64,000 nt of DNA from contig NC_068992.1 in assembly GCF_001194135.2 (NCBI RefSeq), forward strand, positions 33,017,433-33,081,432. Reading direction: 5' to 3'. Positions 1 through 13,017 of the stretch are shown piece by piece. Origin of the DNA: Octopus bimaculoides. Lineage: Eukaryota. A program made the translations under genes and the position numbers. Position 1 is the stretch's first letter. Every line of letters starts with the position of its first letter. Below the pieces are notes generated by a model. That model did no database searches. It was not told where the DNA came from and saw only the letters and a program-made list of their open reading frames with translations.

Positions 1-44
1 TATACATATGTATATGTATATATATATGTATATATGTATATATA

Positions 45-261
45 TGAAGGGGTGCTGAAATGTTCCTAGCTTTAAAGGCATTGAGAAGGACCTGGTTTGA
101 GGCCCAAGCTCCCAAATTTTTTTAAAGGGCTTAGAAAAACTCAAGGACCACTGTACTAAGTATATGAGTCTGATCAGGGAATATGTTGAATAGGATCATA
201 ATTTACCGATCCTCCTGGATTTTCTTTTACCCAAAGCCAGGAACTTTTCAGCACTCCCTCA
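45..261. mobile_element. Mariner-type MITE, ~217 bp
   Basis: 29-bp terminal inverted repeats: TGAAGGGGTGCTGAAATGTTCCTAGCTTT (45-73) versus the reverse complement of 233-261, 25/29 identical. TA on the left flank. No coding capacity. Confidence 0.75.
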
Positions 262-265
262 TGTT

Positions 266-386
266 GGTAGGTGGTAAGTAGGTAGGTAGGTAAATAGACA
301 GACAGACACACAGATAGGCAGGTAGGTAGGTAGGTAGGTAGGCAGGTAGGTAGGTAGGTAGGAAGGTAGATAGGAAGGTAGGTAGG

Positions 387-423
<37 letters not shown>

Positions 424-424
424 G

Positions 425-491
<67 letters not shown>
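266..491. repeat. Compound (GGTA)n/(GATA)n microsatellite
   Basis: Read directly from the sequence. It explains the spurious YLSI/YLPT ORFs at 174-615. Confidence 0.95.
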
Positions 492-2827
492 GTGTGTGTG
501 TGTCCACATATATTGATAAATGCTCACACATAAACATATTAGTGCATACTACTAGAGTGGTTATTAAAATAATCAAAAAGTGTAAAGAATATTGTAACAA
601 GATTATCACTACCAATGTAAGAATCTCCTTTCTTTTGAGTTCTTTGACTACTGAATACTCTTGCAGTTAAGAAATTAATAAAGAACATATTATTTATATT
701 TTATTACAGTTTTGTTTCCTTTAGTGATAATGACTGCCCATTAAATTTCTAGTTCTTTTAATATTAAAGCATGTATGATGCAGGTAGATCTTCAAAGCAT
801 GTATTGTAGAAGTTGTTAGTATTTATTTACAAATTTACTAAGCTTCAAATTATTTATACTTTCTATGTATAGAATGTCACCTCATTCCTTCAGATTCAAG
901 ATGAAGTAAAATATAAATACCTTGTAAATAGTTATCTTTGTGGCTGGGGAAGCTTAAGTCATTCATTTCAAGTTACATGTGGAAATTGTTAGTAAAACAA
1001 CTACAGAAAAAGGTGTTTATTGTTGCTGTTTTGGAGGGGATTGCTTAAATGCCAACTGATCTATAGTCTATTTGATTTGACGACTTTGGGTATTTGGTGC
1101 TGATGGACATAGTAACATTTCTATTTCAGCTGTACCTTTTAAAGGTAGAGTTTCTATTAACTTACTCATTGCATGGTCTTACATGTGCTTGAAATGTCAG
1201 TTCATCATCTCTGCATAGGGTCAAAACATGGATTTTTAGTTTTTAAGGTATCCAGAATAAATAAGCCACTGACATCGACAAGCATGTATGTTTGTAATAA
1301 GTTAATCAATTATTTCTTCCCACAAGATTGTAATATTGTACAGCTAAATAAATAACTATTTTGCATAAAATTGCATTTATTTGTGTGGTTAGATTTTTAA
1401 TGTCTTTTTAATATTATTATTTACATATTTGAGTTGTGATGGTGGTATGGCAGATTATTTAAATTAGGAATATGGTTGTCGTATTCTGTAAGGTGGTGAA
1501 GGATGTAGTATTCTGCCTCTGTAATTTTCCTAAATTTCGGATAATACAAGGGTGGTTAAGTATTATTTATTGCAATTTCTATAATTGAAACACCATGTTA
1601 AATTTTCATGCTGCTAGGATATTAACATCTCTTTCTTTTCTTTTTTGTATGCTATTCTGTATGATCAGACAATTTATCTGATATAAATTGTGACAGTGCT
1701 TTTACATTGCCATTCCCTGCTTCTCATATGGTAAAGTACTTCTTTACAATTTGTTAGTGGGTTTGTTTTGCTGAGCTTGCTGTTGTTATCAGCACAGAGG
1801 CATTCTTGAATGGATATATACTACTGAGTAATAATCTAATGGATCTGGTTCTTTTCTACTATTTTAATCATAACTTCTATTTCATTTATAACCTTCCCAA
1901 TTCTTTAAGCTACTATGCCCCTATGTGTAGCATTAATATGTTTAGTCTTTGAAAACAACAATTTTCAAGCATAAATAACCCAAACAACAAACACCACTGC
2001 AAAACAAACAAATTATTAATACAATGATGATGACAACACACAAGCAAAAATATCTTGGGACATAAAACAAATTAAGGAAAATTAATACAATATAATCTAT
2101 AATAGTATAATATTACAATACTATAATAAATAAACAACTGGGAAAAGTATTATACATATATGCATACATAATTGCATGCATGTATATATATGCAGTCAAG
2201 CATACATATACATATATGAAAGCATATGTGGCCATACTAAAGTGTTTGTATGCATGAAGATAAACACAAATAAGCTTTTATATGAAACAAACAAAACCAA
2301 TTAGTACTAAGAGCCAACATGCATAAATACAAAACAGGAAAAAAGGGTAATGAATGAGAAACCACTAGCTAGAACAGGAAGACAACATCAATAACAACAA
2401 CTGCAAAACAGCATTCAAACATAGAGAAAAATACATGCACATATATATATATGTATACAAAGATACATGTCTGAGTGCATGTATGTGTACATATGTATGT
2501 ATGTGTGTTTGTGTGCATGTGATTACATGTGTAGATATGTGTGGGTGAAATGAAATCAAAAGTCCAACAAACAAGCCCACACATAGACATACAGACATTC
2601 ATTATCATAATATCACATACAAGAGCACTCATAGTCCCATCACCACCCAACTTAAAATTATTTTCACAGGCATATGCACATGATGTATACAATATAAATA
2701 ATTTGATATAACTATTCATGATTAGACACCAAGATATGAACAAAGAGCTGGAGTGGCCAAACTGTGGTGTGCAAGTCACATATGACTGTCAATATGCAGC
2801 TCTTTCACTATTAATATATGTATGTGT

Positions 2828-3020
2828 CTTGTAAGATGGTAAGCTGGCAGCCTGGCATTTCATCTACCTTAACGTTTCAAGTTCAAATACCACTGAGGTC
2901 AACTTTGTCATTCATCCTTTCAGGGTTCATAAAATAAGTACCAGTTGAGCACTAGGACAGATCTAATTGACTTATTCCACACCGAAATTGCTGGCCTTGT
3001 GCCAGAATTTAAAACTAATG
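2828..3020 (+). mobile_element. tRNA-derived SINE fragment
   Basis: B-box-like GTTCAAATACC followed by the body GAGGTCAACTTTG...AAAATAAGTACCAG...GCTGGCCTTGTGCC. Related pieces recur near 11470-11580, 16880-17040 and 63640-63710. Confidence 0.65.
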
Positions 3021-3060
3021 TTGAAATATTTAGACTGAGCTCTTTTTATTGCAGTTAAAA

Positions 3061-4336
3061 TTGGGTTGGCAACTAAGTTCCCACTGTTTTTATTTTATTT
3101 TAGAATTTATTGCATTTTAAAATTTTGGAATCTATTTTTTTCGAGTATTCTATTATTAAATTATTTTGGAATCTATTTTGTTTGGTTTTTTTTCTAGTTA
3201 ATTTTAGTTAATCTTTGTTTATTTTCAGATCATTATAATGGAATATCAAATTAAGAAAAATGAACATTTTCGACACCTCTTTCTGTTTGCTTTTAATCAA
3301 GGTTCTAAGGCCACAAAAGCAGTTCATGACATTTTAACTGTGTACGGAGAGGGTTCCAAAGCTGAAAGAACCGCTCATGATTGGTATGCCAAGTTCAAAA
3401 ATGGAAATTTTGACCTCAAAGACACACTTCATTCTGGCCGTCCAATTGGTTTGATGAAGAGCAATTAAACCAACTTTTGCACGAAAATTCTTGTCAAACG
3501 ACAAAGGAACTGGCAGAGAAAACAGAATGCTCCCATACCGCTATAGAGAAGCATCTTCACTCGATGGGAAAGGTTCAGAAGTCTGGGGTATGTGTTTCGC
3601 ATGCTTTAAGTGACAACAACAAAAATAAACGAGCCACAATCTTCGCTGGTTTGCTTGCTCATCACCACTCAACTCATGGACACAAGCAATGATTTATTTA
3701 CTGAATGGTTACTGGCAACGGAAAATGGTGCCTGTACATCAATATGAAGCAGTGTAAGGAATGGCTTAGCCCTGTTAAACAAGTGACACCGTGCGTGAAA
3801 CAAGATCTTCATCCTCATGAAATGATGTTGTGCATAAAATGATGTTGAATGGGAAGGGATTATCCATTACGAATTGCTTGAACGAAACCAACAGATGGAA
3901 TGACTCAATGTGGCTATTCAAGAGAAAAGACCTAATCGGTAGCATGCAGTTCTTCTGCTGCATGACAACACCCACCCTCATATCGCCAATATGACTAAGG
4001 AAGCCATTCAAACGCTTGGCTGGGAAGTGCTGCCACACTTGCTATACTCTCCTGATTTAGCACCAGTGGATTTCCACCTCTTTCGATCTCTTTCAAATGC
4101 TATGTGTGGAGTTACATTCAATACTGATGCAGAATTGAGAGCTTGGTTAGATCAATTTTTCAAGTTGAAATCGGCTGATTTCTACCAAATGAGGTATTGA
4201 AAATCTTGTTGAACGTTGGGAAGAAGTTGTAAACAACAAGGGTGAATACATTATTGATTAATTAGTTGTTATTTCTAATTAAACCTTTTAAAAATTTAAA
4301 TTTTAAAAAATGGTGGGAACTTAGTTGCCAACCTAA
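3061..4336 (+). mobile_element. Full-length (1276 bp) mariner DD34D transposon, inactive
   Basis: 24-bp TIRs TTGGGTTGGCAACTAAGTTCCCAC (3061-3084) and 4313-4336, 23/24 identical. TA at 4337-4338 (left copy is AA). Encloses a transposase pseudogene. Confidence 0.95.
3238..4255 (+). pseudogene. Mariner transposase pseudogene (frameshifts and stops)
   Basis: N-terminal HTH region MEYQIKKNEHFRHLFLFAFNQG...WYAKFKNGNFDL...SGRP. TGNGKW is a decayed TGDEKW. HDNTHPH...YSPDLAPVDFHLF gives a spacing of 34 residues between the second and third Asp. Split across ORFs 3238-3468, 3477-3692 and 3991-4200. Confidence 0.93.
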
Positions 4337-5086
4337 TACAAAAGCTAAAGAAGAAAAAATAAGCTTTATAGTTATTTATAGGATGTGAACTTATACCAGT
4401 GTAGTGCTGTGGTAATGGCCTTTTATTTTATTTTTGCAAGAAGTAGAAACAGCATTCCCCAACTATTTCAAGTAAAGCCAAATATAAAATCGTATGGAAT
4501 CTTCTAATTACTACCCTTCTGTTTTTATTTTTTGGTCTTTTACTTTCTCTATTTGTTTTCCATTCAAGTTGTAATGAAGAAGATTTAATTGCATAAGGAT
4601 ACAATGTATGCACATGGAATGTTATTTTCAACACTCTCTTCTTGAAGGTGACAAGAAATGGGAAAATTTAAATGATGTTTCTTCTGTTCTTTATCTTTCA
4701 CCACTTGTCACGTTTCTTTTCACAATGGCCATTGTCAAATTACCTGCTAAGAATGATATTGATATCATTTATTAACTCAATAATCTATATTATTTTGATT
4801 CATGGTGGTGCACCCAATCTCCAATACAACAACGAGTAACAGAAACAATTCCAAATGATAATGTTAGATATGACTGAGGCAGAAGAACATCAGAAGACTG
4901 AGTTCAGGGATAAGAGCGTTAAACATTTGGGTGCACAGGGGAAGTTGATTGGGACTCATCACAGATGGTTTTATGAGTCTAGTCTTGACTGCACTCATTA
5001 TGTAATTTATGTACTGTAATACAAGCAGTTCAAACTGTATATACCTGTTGGTAGACTTTAAATACAAATTTTGTATATAAGTTTCT

Positions 5087-5870
5087 ATGGAAAATATACT
5101 AAGGAAGATGACATCAAATTGCAAGAAACAAAATTATGAAGATTTAAGCAGAAATTTTAAGCCAGAGCAGGAAGAAAGTTTTGCCTTCACAATTAAAGGA
5201 GATAAATCTTTGTACCTCATTTGCCATATGTTACTTAGTCATTACATTACCAATCATTTCAAAACACACCATGAAATAAATCACAAGAAGTTTTTAGATA
5301 TTTATCCACCTAAATGAGAATTCAAGAAAACAAGTTGTGTTAAAGCCATCATTAAATATCCAGCAGACATTGTTTACAATATTCATTAAAGTAAGTGATA
5401 TAACAGATAAAGCCAGTTTTGCTACATTGCTTGTGCTAAACACCCTTATCTTGTTGGTGAATTCTTAAGAAGAATGTAGCTAATGTTGCTTCAGTGGAAG
5501 ATCAAAATGACATAAAAGTCCAGCAACTTACAGCTCGAACATCAGTTTCATGTCATACTACAGAGAGGGGTATCTCTCAGGTCAGTGCTGATATTCCAAG
5601 CAAAATGATTTTAAAAATTCCTTTGCAATTAGTTAAATGAATGACAAATCAACTGACATACTAGACAACCCACAAAAGGCAGTATTTGTTTATTTTGTTT
5701 CTTCTGTAAAAACAGATGTTGGATTTGGTGGAATTAAAAGAAATAACTCGCAGTGACATAAAATGCACTTGACAAAGCTTTAACAAATAGTGATGTTACA
5801 ATGAATAAACTTGAAGCTTCTGCAATAGTAAGGTCAATATTTTCTCAAGCCTGAAGTTCATTTTATCAAT
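5087..5870 (+). pseudogene. hAT/Buster (GTF2IRD2/EPM2AIP1-like) transposase relic, N-terminal part
   Basis: RNFKPEQEESFAFTIKGDKSLYLICHMLLSHY...HFKTHHEINHKKF resembles the Buster zinc-finger N-terminus. Downstream IACAKHPY..GEF and KSTDILDNPQ resemble the ARxKKPFxxGEF and DESTDxxxxAQ motifs. Multiple stops. Confidence 0.7.
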
Positions 5871-6489
5871 CCAAGTTGCAGGACATTGTTGCTTTCAGAC
5901 ATTTGAATTTTACTGGATGTGTCTCCTATATTAAGTTTGGCTACACCTGACACAGGGTAAAAGGTAAGATTTAAATAAGGAAAGAGCATGAGAAGAACAT
6001 TGTTAAGGTCACAAAACTGTGACAGAATACCAGAAACCAGTTAATCCACTTATTTACATATATATTAACCTAGTATCTAATTAATTGGTAATAAGTTTGA
6101 AGTAAAATAAATTCAGTGCATGTCTTTCCATTTGTAGTCTAATCATCCAAAAGTATTATATGATTTAACAAAAGTTTTCACATCAAGAATCTTGTAAATC
6201 ATGTACGTAAATGGTGCACGCATGCACACATGCACACACACACACACACACCTTGGTGTACATAATAAGGATATGTAAAAGTATTCGTGAAAAATATGTT
6301 CACATTCGAACATGGGAAAGGCACTCATTGTGGGATTTTGCTCTGGGAACAACTTCTTCATAGAGATTGTGCTTGTAAAAATACCATACTGTCTAAATGA
6401 TATCAGAAAACCACCAGACACCATTGTTTTTGTTAAATTTTACTTACACTGCAAGAGACAGTGTGTCAGTCCTTTGCAGGAATAGATGT

Positions 6490-6865
6490 ACATACTGTTG
6501 GTGGCACTCCGTCGCTTATGACGTCGAGCGTTCCAGTTGATCTGATCAACGGAACAGCCTACTCGTGAAATTAACATGCAAGTGGCTGAGCACTCCACAG
6601 ACACATGTACCCTTAATGTAGTTCTCGGGGATATTCAGCGTGACACAATGTGATAAGCCTGACCCTTTGAATTACAGGCACAACAGAAACAGGAAGTAAG
6701 AGTGAGAGAAAGTTGTGGTGAAAGCGTACAGAAGAGTTCGCCACCATCCTCTGTCGGAGCCTCATGGAGCTTTAGGTGTTTTCGCTCAATAAACACTCAC
6801 AACGCTCGGTGTGCGAATCTAAACCGCGTGTCCGCTGCCCTAACCACTGGCTATTGCGCCTCCAC
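6490..6865 (-). mobile_element. tRNA-derived SINE with conserved central domain
   Basis: The minus strand starts with a tRNA-like head (GGAGGCGCAATAGCCAGTGGTTAGGG). The body (GCTGAATATCCCCGAGAACTACATTAAGGG...GAGTGCTCAGCCACTTGCATGTTAATTTCACGAG) is homologous to 61113-61435 and 61740-61890. Confidence 0.8.
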
Positions 6866-7398
6866 AGATGTACATACACACACACATTTATTCACGGGTT
6901 TACATGATACTCTGTAAAACTTTGGCAGTGGTCAAAGTTTTTTCTAATTTACTTATATAGTTTAGATCTGGGTTTGATGGGTTATTAATACTTGGTAGGG
7001 CCGTGTATTGTTATCGACATTAAGACCAAGTCCTTTGAAATTCTCAAGGAATCCGTTTATTTATAACATTACAATGAGTACAATAGTTACATGCTGGAGG
7101 CTGTGAGACTGATTACCATGAATGAACTATGAACATATGTTGGCAAAGAATTGGATAGCTACATTTTTTGTTGTGAGGCAAGAGGTGAGAATTAAGAGTA
7201 TCTTGTATCTGTGCTGAGAGTGGTGAGAATATTGTCACCATGATATATGAATGACTCTTCTTCACACAGCCAACCAAGAATCCTGTTCATCTATCTGTTA
7301 TGGAACTGTTCAACCTCTATCGTGTGTGTCTCATGCCTCTACCTATGAGTTTAGTGGACACCTAAATTTGTGGCCATGTGTTGTCAGGAAACTCATGG

Positions 7399-7476
7399 AA
7401 ATTTCCATTTGAATTCACATGATCGATTGAAGGAAGCTAAAATTTCCATTTGAAATCACATGATCGCCTGAAGGAA
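7399..7476. repeat. 41-bp tandem duplication
   Basis: AAATTTCCATTTGAA(T/A)TCACATGATCG..TGAAGGAA at 7399 and 7440. Confidence 0.85.
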
Positions 7477-8828
7477 ATCAGGGCAAGTCATGTGATATGT
7501 GGTGGCCAATTTCACATTACTAAGCAGATGCAGTTTCAGATCTGAGCCTTGCTACAATAGAAACACCATTTTATGCTTTACATATAGATTTCTGCTTTTC
7601 CTCTTATTTTACTTACATTTGATTTATCTGAAAATTACATAGGTTGCACATTAAAACACCTTGCAATTCAGAATTTCATACATTGATATATTTTTGAGAT
7701 TGTATATCAAGAAACCTAGTAGCTCTAGAAAGGAAAATTACAATGTTAAATCAGTTTCAAAAGTTAACAGTTTAAAAGAAACTACCAAAAGGTTTAATAT
7801 GAATGAAACAACTGCTTGAACATGTAACAGAAAGGAAGATAAATACTGGAGCCTGTATAATTGCTGAGTCTGGTTTAAAACATCATGCATAGATAGCAAC
7901 ATCATGGAAACTATAGGTGAAAACTCTATATAAGACAAGAAATGAAAGCAGTGCTATGGACAGTAGTGGTACATACACACACCTATTGAAATCAGGCTAA
8001 TAAATATGATTATAATGTGTGTGTATATGTATCAAATATTTATCTACCTGCTGATAGATAGACAGGCAGACAGAAAAATAGATAGACAGATAAATAATAT
8101 CAATATACATGTACGATAATTGTATATATCATCCCCCATTTCAATACATAATTGCTTAGATTTTCTGCTTCTCATGATTTCAGTTAGCATGGTGACTCAT
8201 AGGCCTTTCTGTCTTGGAAGCCAAGGGAAAATTTTGAGTATGTTCATACATACATACATACATACACATGTATATTAGCATGTATGTATGCGTGTTTATA
8301 CGTGTCTACGTATAAATGTATATTATCAGAAAATGTCGTGAAAGTTAAATTTTATATGGAAAACAAATCTACAGGCTATTGAATCGAACGAATGTTTTTG
8401 ACAAAGTCGTCTACAAAGTTTTAATTGCTGTTTTAGTTTTAAGTCTTGTCAGTAGATGATTGGTTGCTATCAGCTAAGAGTCAAAATGCAAAATATGCAG
8501 AAAAGTCATATGTGAATGATGTAAATTAAACGAATGCATCACAAATAGTAGCAGTACTGTCCTGATATCTCTACATAAGTGAAACATATTGAGACCAAAC
8601 TATATGTGTAGCTGAGTGTGTCTTAATTGTACATATATAACTCTGAGTCAGTATAATTATCAAGGTGTGTATACACTTGTACAGATATTCAGTGTTGTGT
8701 GGATAGAGATGAATGTTAGCATAAAAAGGGTTTTTTAACAAGCTTTTGAATGGAAGTACTGAGGGTGACTGGTATAGATACAGTGAAGATATCAACAGAA
8801 TATGCATATAGATGTAATTTGTGTAATT

Positions 8829-8931
8829 TGCTGCTTGATAACGAAAATGTGTACTGCTTTTCTAAGAAGACATTTAGAAAAATGTTCTAAACTTCGCTTT
8901 CTGAAACAGAAAATTTTTCATTGAAGCACTC
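8829..8931. repeat. ~100-bp dispersed direct repeat (copy 1; copy 2 at 11909-12013)
   Basis: GAAAATGTGTACTGCTTTTCTAAGAAGACATTTAGAAAAATG...CTGAAACAGAAAATTTTTCA.TGAAGCACTCA is present in both places. Probably a fragment of a DNA-transposon family. Confidence 0.85.
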
Positions 8932-8989
8932 AGTTCAGATATGTATGGAACACCAATGCAGAGGTACTGTGTTATCTTTAATAGTGTCA

Positions 8990-10790
8990 CAAAGAGGATT
9001 GGTCACCAGTGTCGTGTTGTTACTGTATTAGATGTGTATTGTGTTGATGACCATTGTCTAGCTGGCTGTGTGTTTAAAAAATGAATTACTTCATGAACTT
9101 TTAACTTTTCATATATGTATTGCTGGACATGATTTAGTGTTGTGGCTGCAGAAAGTTGCTGATAATATCGATGCTGACAAAAAGAAGAGAAACACATTGA
9201 ATCTGTAGAAGGTTAGCAGTGGTACATTGTGAGTTTCTGAAGTCATTTCTTGCTTTTTGTGTTATGTCTGAGGTGCTCTGGTGTTACCAAGGTGATCTAT
9301 GTGAATGCCTAAGGCCATCTGGTCTTAGCAATCTGCTGAGGTCGTCTGACTGAGTTAGGTGCCAAACACCTTTTATACAGTTAAAAGGAGTGAATTTGAG
9401 ATCATCTAAGGAGCCATATCACATTATGGCTTCACACTGATTGGTCAATTTATAGATCAATCACATGAGTTGGCTCACTTGTGATCGCTAACTGAATATC
9501 TTGCTGTTGGGGTTTGAATCCCTACAAGAGTTTCTTCCCAGTGATTTGTGGTGTAAACAGAAAAAACAAATAGCAAAACAGCAAAATTATATACAAGTAC
9601 AATAGTCAACATAAGTGCAAAGTAAAACATGTATTGAATACAGAATAAATGCTGAGATAAAGTTCATGTAACAATGATTAAGCAATAATTTTCTAAGTTA
9701 TTCAAAGCATTGATATGAAAACTGGATGATGCATCTGCTGCAGAATTTTCAGCACCCTTGGTATGACATATATCCACAATAAATTGTGAAATATAAACAA
9801 GATGTCTAATGTCTCTTCGAGAATATTCATCCATTTTTACATTGTAACACATAAGTTAATGGTTTATGATCAAATATATGGTGACTGTTCTCACTTCCAA
9901 GAAATAATGAAAGTGTTTTACTAACAAATAAGTTGCTCCCATATCTACCAAGAATTGATATTTGGAAATGATGTTGTAAACGTACAAGACATGACTTACT
10001 AAAGGCACCCCATGTAGTCAAATTTAATCCTTAGCACTGCCATTTTTCAGCATTTGCAATGCTATTTTGAAAAAAACACAGTTGAATGCCTGTGTGTGTG
10101 TGAGCACCAGAACAATTGTGATACCAATAAAATGTTGTAGGTCTTCCACTACAAGTAAATGAATGATTTTTTGTAGTCCCTTAGCACCAAGAATTTGAGT
10201 GCACAGAAAACCAAGGTAATTGTAACTTTGTTAGTCTATTTGTCAAAGCCTGAATTCTGCCTTCAGTCATCTTATGAAACATTGTCAATTCAGAGTAAAT
10301 AGAAGAGGTGAGGTAGGCAGTATCTGCATTAGAAATACTAGAAGAGGAAATATCCATGAAACTATCTGCCAAGTCAGACAACTGAGTAGTAGAGCTCTGT
10401 TCTCTCATAAGCATGTGTCACACGTCTGATGGTAGGTGCAAGAGAAAAAGATTTTGACTCAACATCTTCATTCTTCTCAACTGTTGAGAAGGTTTCTTAT
10501 CACCCAAGACCTCCTCATGAAAGGGTCAGTGTAAACCACTTTTTCTTGGACATAGAAGTATGTTGCAATATTTCTGCTTTCATGTTCTGATAAGATGTGG
10601 TGTTAGAAGAGTTTGTAATCAAATCTTTGACTTCACTGCTTGAAGAAGAAGGCAAAATACCAACTAAAAAGTGAAATTGGAGCATATACAAAGAAATTCT
10701 ATTCACTGCAAAATTGGAGTCAAGCTGTGAAAACCAAATTTGAGGATCTCAAGTAAATGGAAGGACATTGAAGGATAAAGCAGCCTACCA
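8990..10790 (-). mobile_element. Degenerate, internally deleted Gypsy LTR retrotransposon (gag, RNase H end, integrase tail)
   Basis: Gag-like LPSSSSSEVKDLITNSSNTTSYQNMKAEILQHTS (10515-10706) and LSDLADSFMDI (10181-10414). RNase H-like IFDHKPLTYV and YSRRDIRHLVYISQFIVDICHTKGAENSAADA (9664-10021). The integrase-tail region 9030-9290 is homologous to 11205-11470. Confidence 0.75.
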
Positions 10791-11149
10791 CTATTTTCAG
10801 AAGAAAGCACTGAGGCAAGTTAAGTTGCTATATTTAGTGCAAGTTATTTGGAATCGTCCACATATGAAAAAATTAAATACTGGTTGCTACTGCAAGCTTG
10901 AGAATGCTCTAGTTAAAATTTGCCCTGAAATAATGCATTTGAAGCTAGACAAAAAGTTTGTGGTGAAAAAACATGCCTAAGCCATTAATGGACATGCTGT
11001 TAGCCCATAAATCTCATAGATCAAAAGGTGGGGTTTGTGGTAATAAAAGTTATGAGCTTTTGGAATCTGCTCCTTTGAACTTACCTGTTTGTTTGCCTTC
11101 TGACTTGTGTCCCTTGCTACACTAGAAAGTTGATTTTTATGAGATTGAT

Positions 11150-11470
11150 GAGTCAGGTTGCTAATGCTGCAGGTTTTGCTGGCCTTTTCCCATGTTGGAT
11201 GTATACTATGTTGATGACCATTGTCTTATACTCCAGATGACTGCATGTATAATAAATGAAGCAGCTCACAAACTTTTAACTTTTAACTTTTAATATATTT
11301 ATTACTAGACATGTTTTACTGCTTTGGCTGTTTACAAAAGAAAGATGCTGATAATATAACTGCTAACTGGAAGGAGAGAACTGCACTGTAGTACATTGTG
11401 TGTGAGTGTCCATAGTCGTTTCTTGCTCAATGAGGTCTGGCTGAAGTCCAAGATGTTTTTGATACCATCA
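11150..11470 (-). mobile_element. Second diverged Gypsy integrase-tail fragment
   Basis: Colinear similarity to 9030-9290 (GTTGATGACCATTGTCT...ACTTTTAACTTTT...GCTGATAATAT...GTACATTGTG...TTTCTTGCT). Confidence 0.55.
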
Positions 11471-13017
11471 AGGTCAACTTTGCTGTTTATCCCACCTTGG
11501 TTGACAAATTAAAATATCAGTCTAGTACTAGGATCACTAATCAACTTAACCCCACCCACCAAAGTTACTGGCCCTATGTTTAAGTTAGGTAACATTATAT
11601 ACCAACATAGTTGTATTAAGGTATCTTCCTGTCTTTCAATTTCTTAAAATAACAAGCCTCTTGTTAATCAAGACATACACCAGACCATTTTGATTTAATT
11701 AGGATCAAGTTATTAACCTTAAACAACTTTTTCTAAAACATTGATGAAATTGAAATAAATGTTGAAATATCTTTAAAACGAATGAAAACTTTAAAGTTAA
11801 AAATAGCGAAATATAAAAATATAGTTTCTTAAAAACTGCCCGTATAAATCTGGTGGTGGTGAAACTAACCAGTATTTTTCAGAAACAATTTCATTTTTAT
11901 AAATGTCTGTGCTGCTTCATAATGAAAATGTGTACTGCTTTTCTAAGAAGACATTTAGAAAAATGCTCTAAAACATCACTTTCTGAAACAGAAAATTTTT
12001 CAGTGAAGCACTCATATATGGATGATATATTTGGTATATAATCCATATACCAAATTTTTCAAATTTGGTATATGGATTATGTTTTGTATACTAATTATGA
12101 AAAGGAAATTCATTTTCCCAATAAATCCATTATTAAATAGTTATTAGCCTTCCAAATTTGCAAAATTTGGGTATTTTAGCCAATCAGAAGTGAGTATTTT
12201 ACACATCACCCTGGCAAAAAACTCTGTTTCTATAGTAACCAATGGTGCTGTGCCTGTGCACAAGGAGGAGAAGGAAATACAAGAAAGATAATCTACTATG
12301 ATAATACTCTTGTTTTCCTTCATTACAACATATGAATGAGAAAGGGAGGGGTGATATATGAATAAGGAAGGAAGGGGTGATGGCAAACTGGTTGTGGGAA
12401 TTTTTTTCAACTCTGTGTCAGTATATGTGTGTTTACATAAAAGGGAGGCATGTGAATGTTTGTGTGCATGTGTAACAAATGATGATCGATGTCACATCTC
12501 ATAAAATAACCACTAGATAACATTGACAAGTGTATTAATTTGATTTACCACCCATATTTATATATAAAATGCTACAATTAGCCATCATTTTTGAAGGCAC
12601 AGGGTCAGCTAGTTTATTTTATAAAATCCTAGAGTGTATTGCAAACTTTTGTTCTTTAATCTTTTAACTAATAAATGTCTGTTTTAAACAATAGTTTGAC
12701 TGTTATTTCTCTCAACTTATGTTTGTTTGTTTGTTCATAGCTTTTAAATATTTAATTTTCTTGCAAATGTTTTAATATTAACTTCATTCGTGTATATTTT
12801 AATGTTTTGACTGTTATTTCTTGCAATGTTTTGACATGCCAATGCTTCCGCCCCTGGTGATGAAAGAGGCAAGGAAACATTGTTTTCTGATTGGCTGAAA
12901 ATTATCAAACTTTGAACATCTGTAACGTTTTTTCTAAATTTTTCTGTAATAAATAACAAATTTAAATTCAGCATCAAAAATTATATTTATATGATACATT
13001 AAAAACTTTTTTTTTAG

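Larger units (their letters stand above)
2748..5949 (+). mobile_element. Degenerate hAT (Buster/SPIN-like) DNA transposon carrying nested insertions
   Basis: Left end CTGGAGTGGCCAAAC (2748) versus reverse complement of the right end GTTTGGCTACACCTG (5935-5949), 12/15. Flanking 8-mers ACAAAGAG / ACACAGGG match 6/8 (decayed TSD). Decayed TGCGGCTCTT-like subterminal motifs near both ends. Transposase relic at 5087-5870. Confidence 0.6.

Noticed and set aside
174-615. ORFs of 117-118 aa
   Set aside because: Translations of (GATA)n/(GGTA)n microsatellite. The same applies to the many YIYI/VCVC/IIII ORFs elsewhere.
4808-4936. 10-bp inverted repeat GTGCACCCAA as a mini-element
   Set aside because: Too short, no TSD, plausible by chance.
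12160-12915. Inverted AGCCAATCAGAA (CCAAT) modules plus a GC box at ~12848 as a promoter
   Set aside because: No CpG island or downstream gene evidence. The motif is common in repeat termini and the outer flanks do not align as TIRs.
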